A stretch of DNA of 64,000 nt from NCBI GenBank assembly GCA_003159495.1, contig PLPI01000055.1, positions 3,275 through 67,274 on the forward strand, read 5' to 3'. Below are positions 18,386 through 27,238 of this stretch, piece after piece. Under the pieces are notes generated by a model, which saw only the letters and a program-made list of their open reading frames with translations, searched no databases and was not told the origin of the DNA. How positions within the stretch are numbered: the first letter of the stretch is position 1; every line of letters starts with the position of its first letter. Origin of the DNA: a candidate division FCPU426 bacterium. GTDB lineage: Bacteria > Oederibacteriota > PGYV01 > Palsa-1178. The translations under genes and the position numbers were made by a program.

Positions 18386-19303
18386 TTGATGGCATTAATT
18401 GAGAAAAAAGAGAACGGAGTAAAACTGTACGATTTCAAGTCGAACATACTCCTGCAGCCCGATGAGTTGAAATCCATAAAATTCCTCGCGGAGAGCTTTA
18501 CGGAGACGCTTTCGTTCGCTTTTTCCGGCCATTTTAAGAGGCCCTTCACGGTCAAATACAGGGAAACAGTGGTCAATAAGTTCGGGCAGGCCGCGAAGAA
18601 ACTTAAGATGCCCGTAGTTATTGCCAGGGCCGGGATAGAGGGTATGGAAGGCGAAATATTTATGCAGATAGACAGGAACTTAAGCTACCTTATGACCGAC
18701 GGATTTTTGGGCGGCGACTCGGTGAAATGCGAGGAGCGGCAGGAAATTACGGCCATTGAGGAGAGGATATTGTTCAGGACCTGCGACAGGATACTGCGCC
18801 ACTTTGAAAGGTCGCTTCCCAGGAACCTGAAGTATTCATTTGAAATAAAGGAAGTTATAAAAAAAGCGGAAAACTTCGAGATACACTCGCTTGATGACCT
18901 TGTAACCACCATACATTTTGACGTAACCTTTGCGGATAATCAGGGGGGGATAATGCTGGGATTTCCATCCTTCCTTCTGGAACCGGTGCTGAAAAAAGGG
19001 CTCAAAAAAATTCCCCAGCAGGAAAAAAAACCGCCCAGCCAGGATTCGATAGAGGCCAGGGCAAGGCGGCTCAATAATGTACCGCTTGACTGCAAGGTCG
19101 TCCTGAGCGGAATAAATATCAGATTGAAGGACCTTGTCGATATACAGCCCGGGGATTGTGTTACGCTTGATCACGACATTTACAAACCGCTCATTGTGAT
19201 GATAGGTGGAAAACCCAAGTTCCTGGCTATGCCCGGGCTCCGCGGGAAAAAAATGGCGGTCAGGGTGACCGACTTTATAAAAGGAGAAAAAACAAATGGA
19301 TGA
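18386..19303 (+). CDS. fliM: Flagellar motor switch protein FliM
   Basis: 305 aa with a CheC-like middle domain and a C-terminal SpoA/FliN-like domain; lies between fliL and fliN. Confidence 0.8.
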   Translation: MMALIEKKENGVKLYDFKSNILLQPDELKSIKFLAESFTETLSFAFSGHFKRPFTVKYRETVVNKFGQAAKKLKMPVVIARAGIEGMEGEIFMQIDRNLSYLMTDGFLGGDSVKCEERQEITAIEERILFRTCDRILRHFERSLPRNLKYSFEIKEVIKKAENFEIHSLDDLVTTIHFDVTFADNQGGIMLGFPSFLLEPVLKKGLKKIPQQEKKPPSQDSIEARARRLNNVPLDCKVVLSGINIRLKDLVDIQPGDCVTLDHDIYKPLIVMIGGKPKFLAMPGLRGKKMAVRVTDFIKGEKTNG

Positions 19304-19631
19304 GGTTAAAAAGGCCGAGTTCGCCGCGATTGAGGGTGTGGAATCCGCCGGGGTAAAAGAGGCCATTACCAAGGAAAAGATAGAGAAAATACTCGATGTT
19401 ACACTGGGCGCGACGGTGGAACTGGGCAACACAAAGCTGACCCTTGAAAGGGCACTTAACGTGGATGTGGGCACTGTTATCGAACTCGACAAGGTGGCGG
19501 GAGAACCGGTTGATTTTTACATCAATGACAACCTTTTTGCGCGCGGCGAGGTGGTGGTAATCGGGGAAAAATATGGAGTGCGCATAACAGAACTGGCATC
19601 GGGTTCTGCTGTAAAGGCGGCAAAGCTGTGA
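19296..19631 (+). CDS. fliN: Flagellar motor switch protein FliN
   Basis: SpoA-domain motif GTVIELDK...DFYINDNLFARGEVVVIGEKYGVRITE. Confidence 0.85.
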   Translation: MDEVKKAEFAAIEGVESAGVKEAITKEKIEKILDVTLGATVELGNTKLTLERALNVDVGTVIELDKVAGEPVDFYINDNLFARGEVVVIGEKYGVRITELASGSAVKAAKL

Positions 19632-20020
19632 GAAAAACAGCGGCGGCATTGATGCTTGTCCTTTTGCTTTCGGGGTTCTGCCTTGGAGGCACAACACCCA
19701 CGGCAAAAGACTCCGGTTATGAATACAAAGGGACCGGATACCTGACCGTCGTTTACGCGTTAAAGGTAATTGTAGCGATTTCTATTTTAAGCGGAATCGC
19801 ATACGGCGCTTTAAAATTAATGAAAAAATACAACCTGAATCCCGCAGCGTTCAACGACGAGATAAAACTCAAGGCGGTCAAAACCATACTGGGCGACAAG
19901 AAGGCCGCGATAATTGAGGCACGGGGCAGGGAATACCTCGTGGCCATATCGAGGGATAATATTACCCTCATTGCCGCGCTTGAAGGGGCCCCAAAAACAA
20001 AAAAGGGCGCGTCGAAATGA
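19628..20020 (+). CDS. fliO: Flagellar biosynthesis protein FliO/FliZ-like
   Basis: 130-aa bitopic membrane protein between fliN and fliP. Confidence 0.6.
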   Translation: MRKTAAALMLVLLLSGFCLGGTTPTAKDSGYEYKGTGYLTVVYALKVIVAISILSGIAYGALKLMKKYNLNPAAFNDEIKLKAVKTILGDKKAAIIEARGREYLVAISRDNITLIAALEGAPKTKKGASK

Positions 20021-20814
20021 GACTCAGAATATTGCTCGCGGCCGTGGCAATACTGGCGCTTTTCACACCTGCGTTCGCCTCCGATTCCATAAACCTGAAT
20101 ATAGGCGTCGGGTCGTCCAACGGCGGCGGCATCGTCAATTCGCAGGGCAGTAACGTCTCAATAAACCTGGCTGAGCCGTCCAATGAAAAGGAATTATCAG
20201 GGGCGGTAAAGGCTTTAATAGTCCTGACAGTGCTGTCGCTTGCTCCGGCCATATTTGTGCTGTGCACATCATTTATCAGGATAATAATCGTGCTGTCGAT
20301 ATTAAGGCAGGGCATAGGCCTGCAGACGCTTCCGCCAAACCAGGTGCTGGTTGGTTTCGCCGTCTTTCTTACCATATTTAACATGCTGCCGGTAATTCAG
20401 CAGATAAATGTGAACGCGGTAAAACCATATTACGCCAAACAGATTTCATGGCAGGAGGCGCTCGACAGCGGGACACAGCCGCTCAAAAAATTCATGCTGG
20501 CGCAGACAAGGGACGAAGATCTGTCGGTATTTTTATCCCTGGTAAAGGAAAAACCGAAGTCGAGGAAGGACCTTTCAATATTTGTGGTCATTCCGGCATT
20601 CGTGCTGAGCGAACTTAAAGTCGGGTTCGAAATAGGCTTCATATTATACATACCGTTCCTTGTGGTCGACATGATAGTTGCGTCCATTTTAATGTCCATG
20701 GGCATGATGATGCTTCCGCCTATCATGATATCTCTGCCTTTCAAGATACTGCTTTTTGTGCTAATTGACGGCTGGCGGCTCGTTACAGAGGCGCTTCTTA
20801 AAAGTTTCCATTGA
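20017..20814 (+). CDS. fliP: Flagellar export apparatus protein FliP
   Basis: Signal peptide followed by conserved FliP TM segments (LSLAPAIFVLCTSFIRIIIVLSILRQ). Confidence 0.9.
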   Translation: MRLRILLAAVAILALFTPAFASDSINLNIGVGSSNGGGIVNSQGSNVSINLAEPSNEKELSGAVKALIVLTVLSLAPAIFVLCTSFIRIIIVLSILRQGIGLQTLPPNQVLVGFAVFLTIFNMLPVIQQINVNAVKPYYAKQISWQEALDSGTQPLKKFMLAQTRDEDLSVFLSLVKEKPKSRKDLSIFVVIPAFVLSELKVGFEIGFILYIPFLVVDMIVASILMSMGMMMLPPIMISLPFKILLFVLIDGWRLVTEALLKSFH

Positions 20815-20880
20815 CGGCCCGGCGGCATCATACACGGGGATATTCCGGCTTAAAAAAATGAGAAAGGCGGGCAAAGTCGC

Positions 20881-22668
20881 ATGTTAAATAAAAAATATTA
20901 CAAAGGCAGCGACCTTTATTCGGACGGAGACGTTGAAAATGATATATTGAAGATTGTAAGGGAAGGTAAGGATCCTGAAAAGGCAATAGCCGAAGACAGC
21001 CGCTGGCCCATACTTTATCATCTTACTTCCACCAGGGAAAATTTGCTTGAATGGATACCTTTTGAAAAGAACGCAAGCCTGCTCGAAATAGGCGCGGGTT
21101 GCGGCGCGCTTACCGGACTGCTGTGCGAGAAACTCGGCAAAGTGACGGCTGTCGAGCTTTCGGCCAGAAGGGCGGAAATAACAAATGAAAGGCTTAAAGA
21201 TAAAAAAAACCTTGAAATATACGCGGGAAACCTGAGCGACATTGAATTCGGGGAAAAGTTCGATTATATAACTCTCATAGGCGTGCTTGAATATGCCGGC
21301 AAGTACAAGAACTCGAAAAACCCGTATATGGATTTTCTTAAGGACGTCAAAAAACTTCTTAAGGATGATGGAACGCTTATTATTGCCATTGAAAATAAAT
21401 TCGGGATGAAGTATTTTTCCGGCGCGCGTGAGGACCACACCGGAGCGGCTTTTGACGGCATACAGGGTTATACGCGCAGTGACGTGAGGACTTTCGGGAA
21501 AAACGAGCTGATCAGCCTTCTTAAAAGTTCGGGTTACGGTGAAAGTCATTTTTATTACCCCATGCCGGATTACAAATTACCGGGCGTGATATTTTCGGAT
21601 TTCCGCCCGCCGAAAATCGGTGAGATAGGCAGGACGTTTTCTAATTTCGACAGGGATAAAGTGTCGGTTTTCAGCGAATGCCTCGGGTTTGAGAACGCGG
21701 TTAACAGCGGCGAATTCGGATTTTTTGCGAATTCATTTCTCGTTTTTTGCGGCAAAAAACCGGCCATTGATTTTGTCAAATACAATAACCTCAGGATGCC
21801 CGCATTCCAGGCAGCGACGGAGATCATGAGCGGCGGGGCGGCCTCGACAAAGAGAAGCTTGCGCGGGGACGGGGAAAAACACATATCGCGCATAGTACAA
21901 AATTTCTCAAAACTCGGGGAAAACCACGGTGATTTTAAAATAGCGGGATGCAGGTTTGAAGCGGGAAAAGCGGTTTTTGAGTACATAGAGGGCAGGTCGC
22001 TGGATGAACTGCTCTATGAAAACGCCGTAAAAAGGGATAAAAACGGTTTTTTCGGACTGCTTGCGGAGTTTAAAAAGAATTTTGATTCGCTGGACAGGTC
22101 GAAAATAAGCAATTTTAAGGCTGACGTCGGTTTTACGGAAATATTCGGGGATACGGCGATAGATTTTGACTTCGATTCCTTCAAGGTATCGGACATAGAC
22201 ATTATATTTGACAATATTATCGTAAAAGACGGCGCACAGGTGTTGATTGACTATGAGTGGGTTTTTGAAACCGTACTGCCGGTAAATTATATTTTGTTCA
22301 GGTCAATATTCACCTTCTGGAACAAATACGTGGAGCATCTGGACGGTTTTGTCACGCCCGAGGAAATATTTAATTTTTTTGGAATAGCCTTTAAAGAGAT
22401 ACCGTTTTACGGGCAGATGGAAAGAAAATTTCAGGCATTTGTCCATGATCAGCCAAGGCTCTCAAATCTGGCGGGTTTTCAGAAAAGAAGGGACGAAATA
22501 AAAATTTACGACATGGTAAAACATTCGGGCTACCTGGAAACGCGCGTGAAGGCGCTTAATATGGAAATGGAAAAGACAAGAAAGCTGATATGTGAAAAAG
22601 AGGATATTATAGAAAAACTCAGGGTAGAGCTTGACGGAATGAAAAAACAGCCGGAAAAGACCGCTTAG
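20881..22668 (+). CDS. Class I SAM-dependent methyltransferase fused to a ~350-aa C-terminal domain of unknown function (possibly kinase-like)
   Basis: Motif I LEIGAGCGALTGLL and post-I VAVELS in residues ~60-220. C-terminal region has a DIIFDN(x16)IDYEW arrangement and a terminal coiled coil. Confidence 0.7.
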   Translation: MLNKKYYKGSDLYSDGDVENDILKIVREGKDPEKAIAEDSRWPILYHLTSTRENLLEWIPFEKNASLLEIGAGCGALTGLLCEKLGKVTAVELSARRAEITNERLKDKKNLEIYAGNLSDIEFGEKFDYITLIGVLEYAGKYKNSKNPYMDFLKDVKKLLKDDGTLIIAIENKFGMKYFSGAREDHTGAAFDGIQGYTRSDVRTFGKNELISLLKSSGYGESHFYYPMPDYKLPGVIFSDFRPPKIGEIGRTFSNFDRDKVSVFSECLGFENAVNSGEFGFFANSFLVFCGKKPAIDFVKYNNLRMPAFQAATEIMSGGAASTKRSLRGDGEKHISRIVQNFSKLGENHGDFKIAGCRFEAGKAVFEYIEGRSLDELLYENAVKRDKNGFFGLLAEFKKNFDSLDRSKISNFKADVGFTEIFGDTAIDFDFDSFKVSDIDIIFDNIIVKDGAQVLIDYEWVFETVLPVNYILFRSIFTFWNKYVEHLDGFVTPEEIFNFFGIAFKEIPFYGQMERKFQAFVHDQPRLSNLAGFQKRRDEIKIYDMVKHSGYLETRVKALNMEMEKTRKLICEKEDIIEKLRVELDGMKKQPEKTA

Positions 22669-22849
22669 ATGAAAAAATCTTGGCGAACATTGATAACCAG
22701 GTCGATATGATGAGATACTGTCAAGAGTAGTGTGTAAATTGATTTAGCCATAATAAGACAACTCGCCGGTTTCTTTCGAATTTAATTCAACAATCTGCAA
22801 AAAAATATGATGATACCGGATTGATTATAATATACAACAATGATAAAAT

Positions 22850-22934
22850 GGCACTGTCGAAAAACCGGTTGCACGGTTTATCCTGGATATATGCGCGGGA
22901 TCAAGCAACATTGGCGGGGTTTTCCGAAGGTACC
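22850..22934. repeat. Hairpin-forming inverted-repeat element, copy B (85-bp core)
   Basis: GGCACTGTCGAAAAACCGGTTGCACGGTTTATCCTGGATATATG...GGATCAAGCAACATTGGCGGGGTTTTCCGAAGGTACC aligns with the two ends of copy A at ~85% identity. Confidence 0.6.
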
Positions 22935-23158
22935 ATAAGGGAGCGATTGTTTGTAAAATGTGCAAAAGATAATGGCGGAAAGATGTTTTAGTCTGGCGGG
23001 CGGGTCTGCTGGATGACCGATATTTAGAAAAAAATGTAAGGTGTTCGTCTGCGTTGTGGATCTTGGCGTGCATGACCCGGTATTCAAAAAGCCATAACAG
23101 CCAAACTTATGGTATTATAAGCCGTAGTTTTTCGCAATATCAAAAGGTGGCTCTAAAA

Positions 23159-24901
23159 ATGACGATAAGTATTTTTGCGGCAATATCATTTTTCACGGCA
23201 ATAGCAGCTTTTCTAACCGGTATTTATATTTACCGGCAGGATCCCAGAAACCCGATGAACCAGACTTTTATGTACGGTTCGGCCGTTGTTGCATGGTGGG
23301 CCCTGTGCGAATTTCTTTACCGCACGGCGCCGGATGCTGTTTACGCCGCATTCTGGATAAAAATGTGTTTCGTATGGCCGTTCGGGCTCGCGTTCTTCCT
23401 TGACGCGATCATATATTTCCTGGATACGGATGCAAAAATAAAAATGATGCCGCGCATGCTTGCTTTATACGCGCCCGCGGTTGTTATTGCCTTAATACAC
23501 CTTTTTTTTACGGGGCTGTACTTCGGGCCGCCGGTAAAAATGTGGTGGGGATATACGGTATCAAAAGGGCCGCTTCTGGGTGTTATAAATTTTTATTCCA
23601 TCTTACTTTTTGCCGTTTCAGCGGCCTGGCTGCTCGTGTTTGCGTTAAAAACAAAAGACGCTGTAAAAAAGAGGCATGCTTTTGTAATAGCGGCCGGGCT
23701 TTTAACGGCCACCCTTATGGCATTTTCTGTCGGGATACAGGAGATTTTCTTTAACCGGCAGACTCCGGAACTCTCGACGGCGGCGATACTCGCGGGAATA
23801 ATTATAATCGTATTTGGCTCGGTTAAGCACGGGGTTTTCTCGGTAAATGTTAAGAATTCAGCCGGGCACATATTAAACGTAATGAAAGAGGGGTTTGCAC
23901 TTACGACCCCGGATATGCGCATCAAAACTGTAAATGAATTTTTCTGCCTGATGACGGGCTACCTTATGGAAGAAGTGGAAGGCATGAATCTGGGGTCATT
24001 TGCTGGGCTTAATTCCGATGGAAGAGGAGAATTTGAAACCCTGCTGAAAAGAAAAGATGCGGGCCTCATGCCGGTCGGCGCATCGCACACTGTTGTGAGG
24101 GATAATCGCGGCAATATTGCGGGGCATATTTTTGTCTTCGCGGATATTACGGATAAGAAGAAAAAACTTGAAATAGAGGCCGAATACAGGAAATTGATCC
24201 AGGGTGAGGCATCTAAAAATGAGATTATCAACGTTATTGGCCATGAGATGAAAACTCCGCTTACATCAATAAAGGGATTTTCATCGCTTCTGATAAGCGG
24301 GGCCGCGGGACGGTTGAATGAAAACCAGAGGGAATACACGGAGGCAATCAAGGCTAATGCGGACAGGCTGGTCGAAATGACCTCGGATTTTATAGATATA
24401 ATCAGGATATCGTCCGGCAGGATGCCTCTCGTGAAAGAAAAATTCGACATGTCGGCGGTGGTGAATAATGTTTCGGACAAATTTAATTACATTCTTGCGG
24501 GTTCCGGGATAACCGTTACCGCCGGAAAAAAAGCCGTTTGTATGGTATTCGGGGATGAAAAGAGGCTTGAACAGGCCGTTTCAAATATGGTGCTTAACGC
24601 GGTAAAATTTTCGCAAGACGGTGACTGCGTGAAAATTTATTGTTCCGCCGCCGTGGGGACCGCAGCCGCGCAGGTATGGGTGGAGGATACTGGCAGGAAA
24701 TTGTCTCCGCAAGAGGTCAATGAAATATTCGCCGGACTGCTTATAATAAAAAATAATCGTTCCACAAAAAAGAACCACGGGACACCCTTTGCGATGACCA
24801 TTTCCAGGGCCATTGCCGAGTCACACGGAGGCAACCTGGTTTACAGAGATAACGGAACAAAAAAGGGCAACACGTTCGTAATGGAAATACCGCTGAGTTA
24901 A
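23159..24901 (+). CDS. Polytopic membrane sensor histidine kinase (multi-TM, PAS, HisKA, HATPase_c with degenerate G1/G2 boxes)
   Basis: Six to seven predicted TM helices, H-box IGHEMKTPL and N-box NAVKFS. G1 is DTGRK (not DxGxG) and G2 is GTPFAM (not GxGLGL). RBS aaggtgg before ATG 23159; the ORF is open from 23054. Confidence 0.7.
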   Translation: MTISIFAAISFFTAIAAFLTGIYIYRQDPRNPMNQTFMYGSAVVAWWALCEFLYRTAPDAVYAAFWIKMCFVWPFGLAFFLDAIIYFLDTDAKIKMMPRMLALYAPAVVIALIHLFFTGLYFGPPVKMWWGYTVSKGPLLGVINFYSILLFAVSAAWLLVFALKTKDAVKKRHAFVIAAGLLTATLMAFSVGIQEIFFNRQTPELSTAAILAGIIIIVFGSVKHGVFSVNVKNSAGHILNVMKEGFALTTPDMRIKTVNEFFCLMTGYLMEEVEGMNLGSFAGLNSDGRGEFETLLKRKDAGLMPVGASHTVVRDNRGNIAGHIFVFADITDKKKKLEIEAEYRKLIQGEASKNEIINVIGHEMKTPLTSIKGFSSLLISGAAGRLNENQREYTEAIKANADRLVEMTSDFIDIIRISSGRMPLVKEKFDMSAVVNNVSDKFNYILAGSGITVTAGKKAVCMVFGDEKRLEQAVSNMVLNAVKFSQDGDCVKIYCSAAVGTAAAQVWVEDTGRKLSPQEVNEIFAGLLIIKNNRSTKKNHGTPFAMTISRAIAESHGGNLVYRDNGTKKGNTFVMEIPLS

Positions 24902-25050
24902 CTTTTATCAAGAAAACGCGGTTTTACGCCTATCAACAGTAATTTCTGCAAGTGAAATCAAAAAAACAACACATGGAATAATTTCCACAAAATACCATGG
25001 AAAACAATCCATACTTTTCAGTAAAGGCCTTGTTTTTATAGGTTTTTATC

Positions 25051-25067
25051 CGGCATACTTCGTGCAA
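25051..25067 (+). promoter_or_regulatory. Candidate sigma-54 promoter for fliQ-fliR-flhB-flhA
   Basis: Sequence CGGCAT-acttc-GTGCAA with GG-N10-GC spacing, 50 nt upstream of fliQ. Confidence 0.35.
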
Positions 25068-25114
25068 TATGGTATACCTGCCATAATGTATATATTGATT
25101 TTCCGGAGGGAACC

Positions 25115-25384
25115 ATGGGAACTGGTGATGTGATGATGATACTGAAAAATGCGGCGGCGGTTACATTTATTACGGTCGCGCCGATAATGGTTATCGGCCT
25201 GGTGCTTGGGCTTTCAATTTCCATTTTTCAGGCGGTGACGTCAATACAGGAAATGACTCTTACGTATGTCCCGAAAATACTCATCTCGCTTTTGTGCATA
25301 ATACTTTTCGGCCCCTGGATGATGCAGATGGTGATTTCATTTTCCACAAATCTGATAAGGTCGATTCCGGACCTTGTAAAGTGA
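25115..25384 (+). CDS. fliQ: Flagellar export apparatus protein FliQ
   Basis: 89 aa with two TM segments; a typical FliQ sequence. Confidence 0.9.
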   Translation: MGTGDVMMILKNAAAVTFITVAPIMVIGLVLGLSISIFQAVTSIQEMTLTYVPKILISLLCIILFGPWMMQMVISFSTNLIRSIPDLVK

Positions 25385-25391
25385 GGTACAC

Positions 25392-26168
25392 GTGGAAGCA
25401 TTAATACTGGTTCTAAAGTTTTACGTCCTGATGGCGGTCAGGATAAGCGCCATAATAATACTTTTTCCGGGATTTGGTTCCACGGGTTTCCCTGCAATCG
25501 CAAAGGTATTCATAATAGGTGCGCTGTCGCTTGTGGTCATGATGGGCACACCGGCAGTCGCCGCCCCGGTGCTTGCGGATAACATAATATTTTCCATATA
25601 TATAGTCAAGGAGGCTTTCATAGGATTTTTTATAGGATTTCTTTCACAGATACCGTTCATGGCGGTCAGGGCCGCCGGCGATATGATAAGTTTTAACACC
25701 ATGTTCTCGATGGCCAATGTTATAGACCCGACAATGGAACAGCAGGTGACCGTATGGGGGGAATTTTACAACATTATGGCAACCCTTGTATTTTTTGTCA
25801 TGAACGGCCACCTTATAATACTAAAAGCGATAACCTTTTCTTTTGCCAAAATATCAGTACTCGCGCCTGTAATGCTTGATCAGGACGTCCTGCGGCATGT
25901 GACAGGTGTGGCAAGTTCCATATTTATAGCGGGAGTTTTGATAGCGGCTCCGGTTGCCGTCACCCTTTTTATGTCAAATGTAAGCATGGGCGTGGTTTCG
26001 AGGACAATGCCCCAGTTTAATGTATTTGTGGTGGGTATGCCGCTGCAGATTATGCTCGCTTTCATACTTATAATAGTTACCGTGCCGATGGATACGGAGC
26101 TGGTTGGCAACGTGATTGGAAGGATGTTCGGGGAAATCAACGGCTTAATAGCCGCTTTAGCGAGGTAA
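25392..26168 (+). CDS. fliR: Flagellar export apparatus protein FliR
   Basis: 258-aa polytopic protein following fliQ. Confidence 0.85.
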   Translation: MEALILVLKFYVLMAVRISAIIILFPGFGSTGFPAIAKVFIIGALSLVVMMGTPAVAAPVLADNIIFSIYIVKEAFIGFFIGFLSQIPFMAVRAAGDMISFNTMFSMANVIDPTMEQQVTVWGEFYNIMATLVFFVMNGHLIILKAITFSFAKISVLAPVMLDQDVLRHVTGVASSIFIAGVLIAAPVAVTLFMSNVSMGVVSRTMPQFNVFVVGMPLQIMLAFILIIVTVPMDTELVGNVIGRMFGEINGLIAALAR

Positions 26169-26170
26169 AG

Positions 26171-27238
26171 ATGGCAGATTCGAGCAAGACGGAAAAACCG
26201 ACGCCAAAGAAGATAAGAGAGTCCAGGGAAAAGGGGCAGTCCGCCAAAAGCAGCGAGGTTTCGTCCGTAATACAGATAATAGGATTTCTGTTAGTAGTGT
26301 TCATGTCTTCCCGGACAATGTTGTCAGTAATGATTAAGAGTTTTTATTCCTCCATAGAAGAGGCCGGGAGCGGAAAGGTCCTTGATTTTGACAGGGCGCA
26401 TGCTCTGCTGACCGGGGGAGCGATGGCCGTGTTTTCCGCAATTACTCCGGCATTAATAACTCTTCTTGCGCTCGCGCTTGTTTCGGGTGTGGCCCAGTCG
26501 GGATTTTCATTCGCGGAAAAGGCTCTCTCCCCGAATTTTGGGAAGATAAACCCGCTGAACGGATTTTCACGCCTGTTTTCATCCCGTTCATGGGTTGAAC
26601 TTCTGAAATCCATATTCAAGATCGGTGTTGTTTTTGCAATATTATACAACGTATTCATGACGGAAAAGGACCGCATTATGATGCTGTCCGGTACGGATGT
26701 TTACACGGTGCTGAATTATTCGGCCCATCTTTTTACGGAAATAATAAAAAAAATAGCCGTTTTTCTTATAGCGCTTGCAATTGTGGATTATATATGGCAG
26801 AAACATGATTTTATGTCGAACCTTAAAATGAGCAAACAGGAAGTCAAGGATGAAATGAAACAGACCGAAGGCGACTTGAGAACCAAGGCAATGATAAGAA
26901 ACTGGCACAAACGCAAGATCAAGCACGCGATGATGGAGTCGGTAAAAAAGGCTACTTTTGTCACGGTAAACCCTACGCATTATGCGGTTGCGGTAAAATA
27001 TGAACGCGGCATGAGGGGGCCAAAACTGCTTGCCAAGGGGGCGGACCTGATGGCCAAAAGAATAAGGGAACTTGCCAAAGAATACAAGGTGCCAATAGTC
27101 AAAAACGCGGAACTTACCCGTTCGATTTATTTTTCCACAGAGGTGGGCAGATTCATCCCGCCAAAACTATTTAAGGCGCTTGCAAAAGTGCTTGTGTTTA
27201 TATACAGGATGGAAAGGGAGAAAAAAAATGGAAGATAA
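26171..27238 (+). CDS. flhB: Flagellar export apparatus protein FlhB
   Basis: Four N-terminal TM segments; NPTH autocleavage motif present (VTVNPTHYAV). Confidence 0.9.
   Translation: MADSSKTEKPTPKKIRESREKGQSAKSSEVSSVIQIIGFLLVVFMSSRTMLSVMIKSFYSSIEEAGSGKVLDFDRAHALLTGGAMAVFSAITPALITLLALALVSGVAQSGFSFAEKALSPNFGKINPLNGFSRLFSSRSWVELLKSIFKIGVVFAILYNVFMTEKDRIMMLSGTDVYTVLNYSAHLFTEIIKKIAVFLIALAIVDYIWQKHDFMSNLKMSKQEVKDEMKQTEGDLRTKAMIRNWHKRKIKHAMMESVKKATFVTVNPTHYAVAVKYERGMRGPKLLAKGADLMAKRIRELAKEYKVPIVKNAELTRSIYFSTEVGRFIPPKLFKALAKVLVFIYRMEREKKNGR

Noticed and set aside
20815-25114. Transposon or IS-mediated insertion between fliP and fliQ
   Set aside because: No transposase, integrase, terminal inverted repeats or flanking direct repeats were found at the junctions. 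It is treated as an insertion of unknown mechanism.
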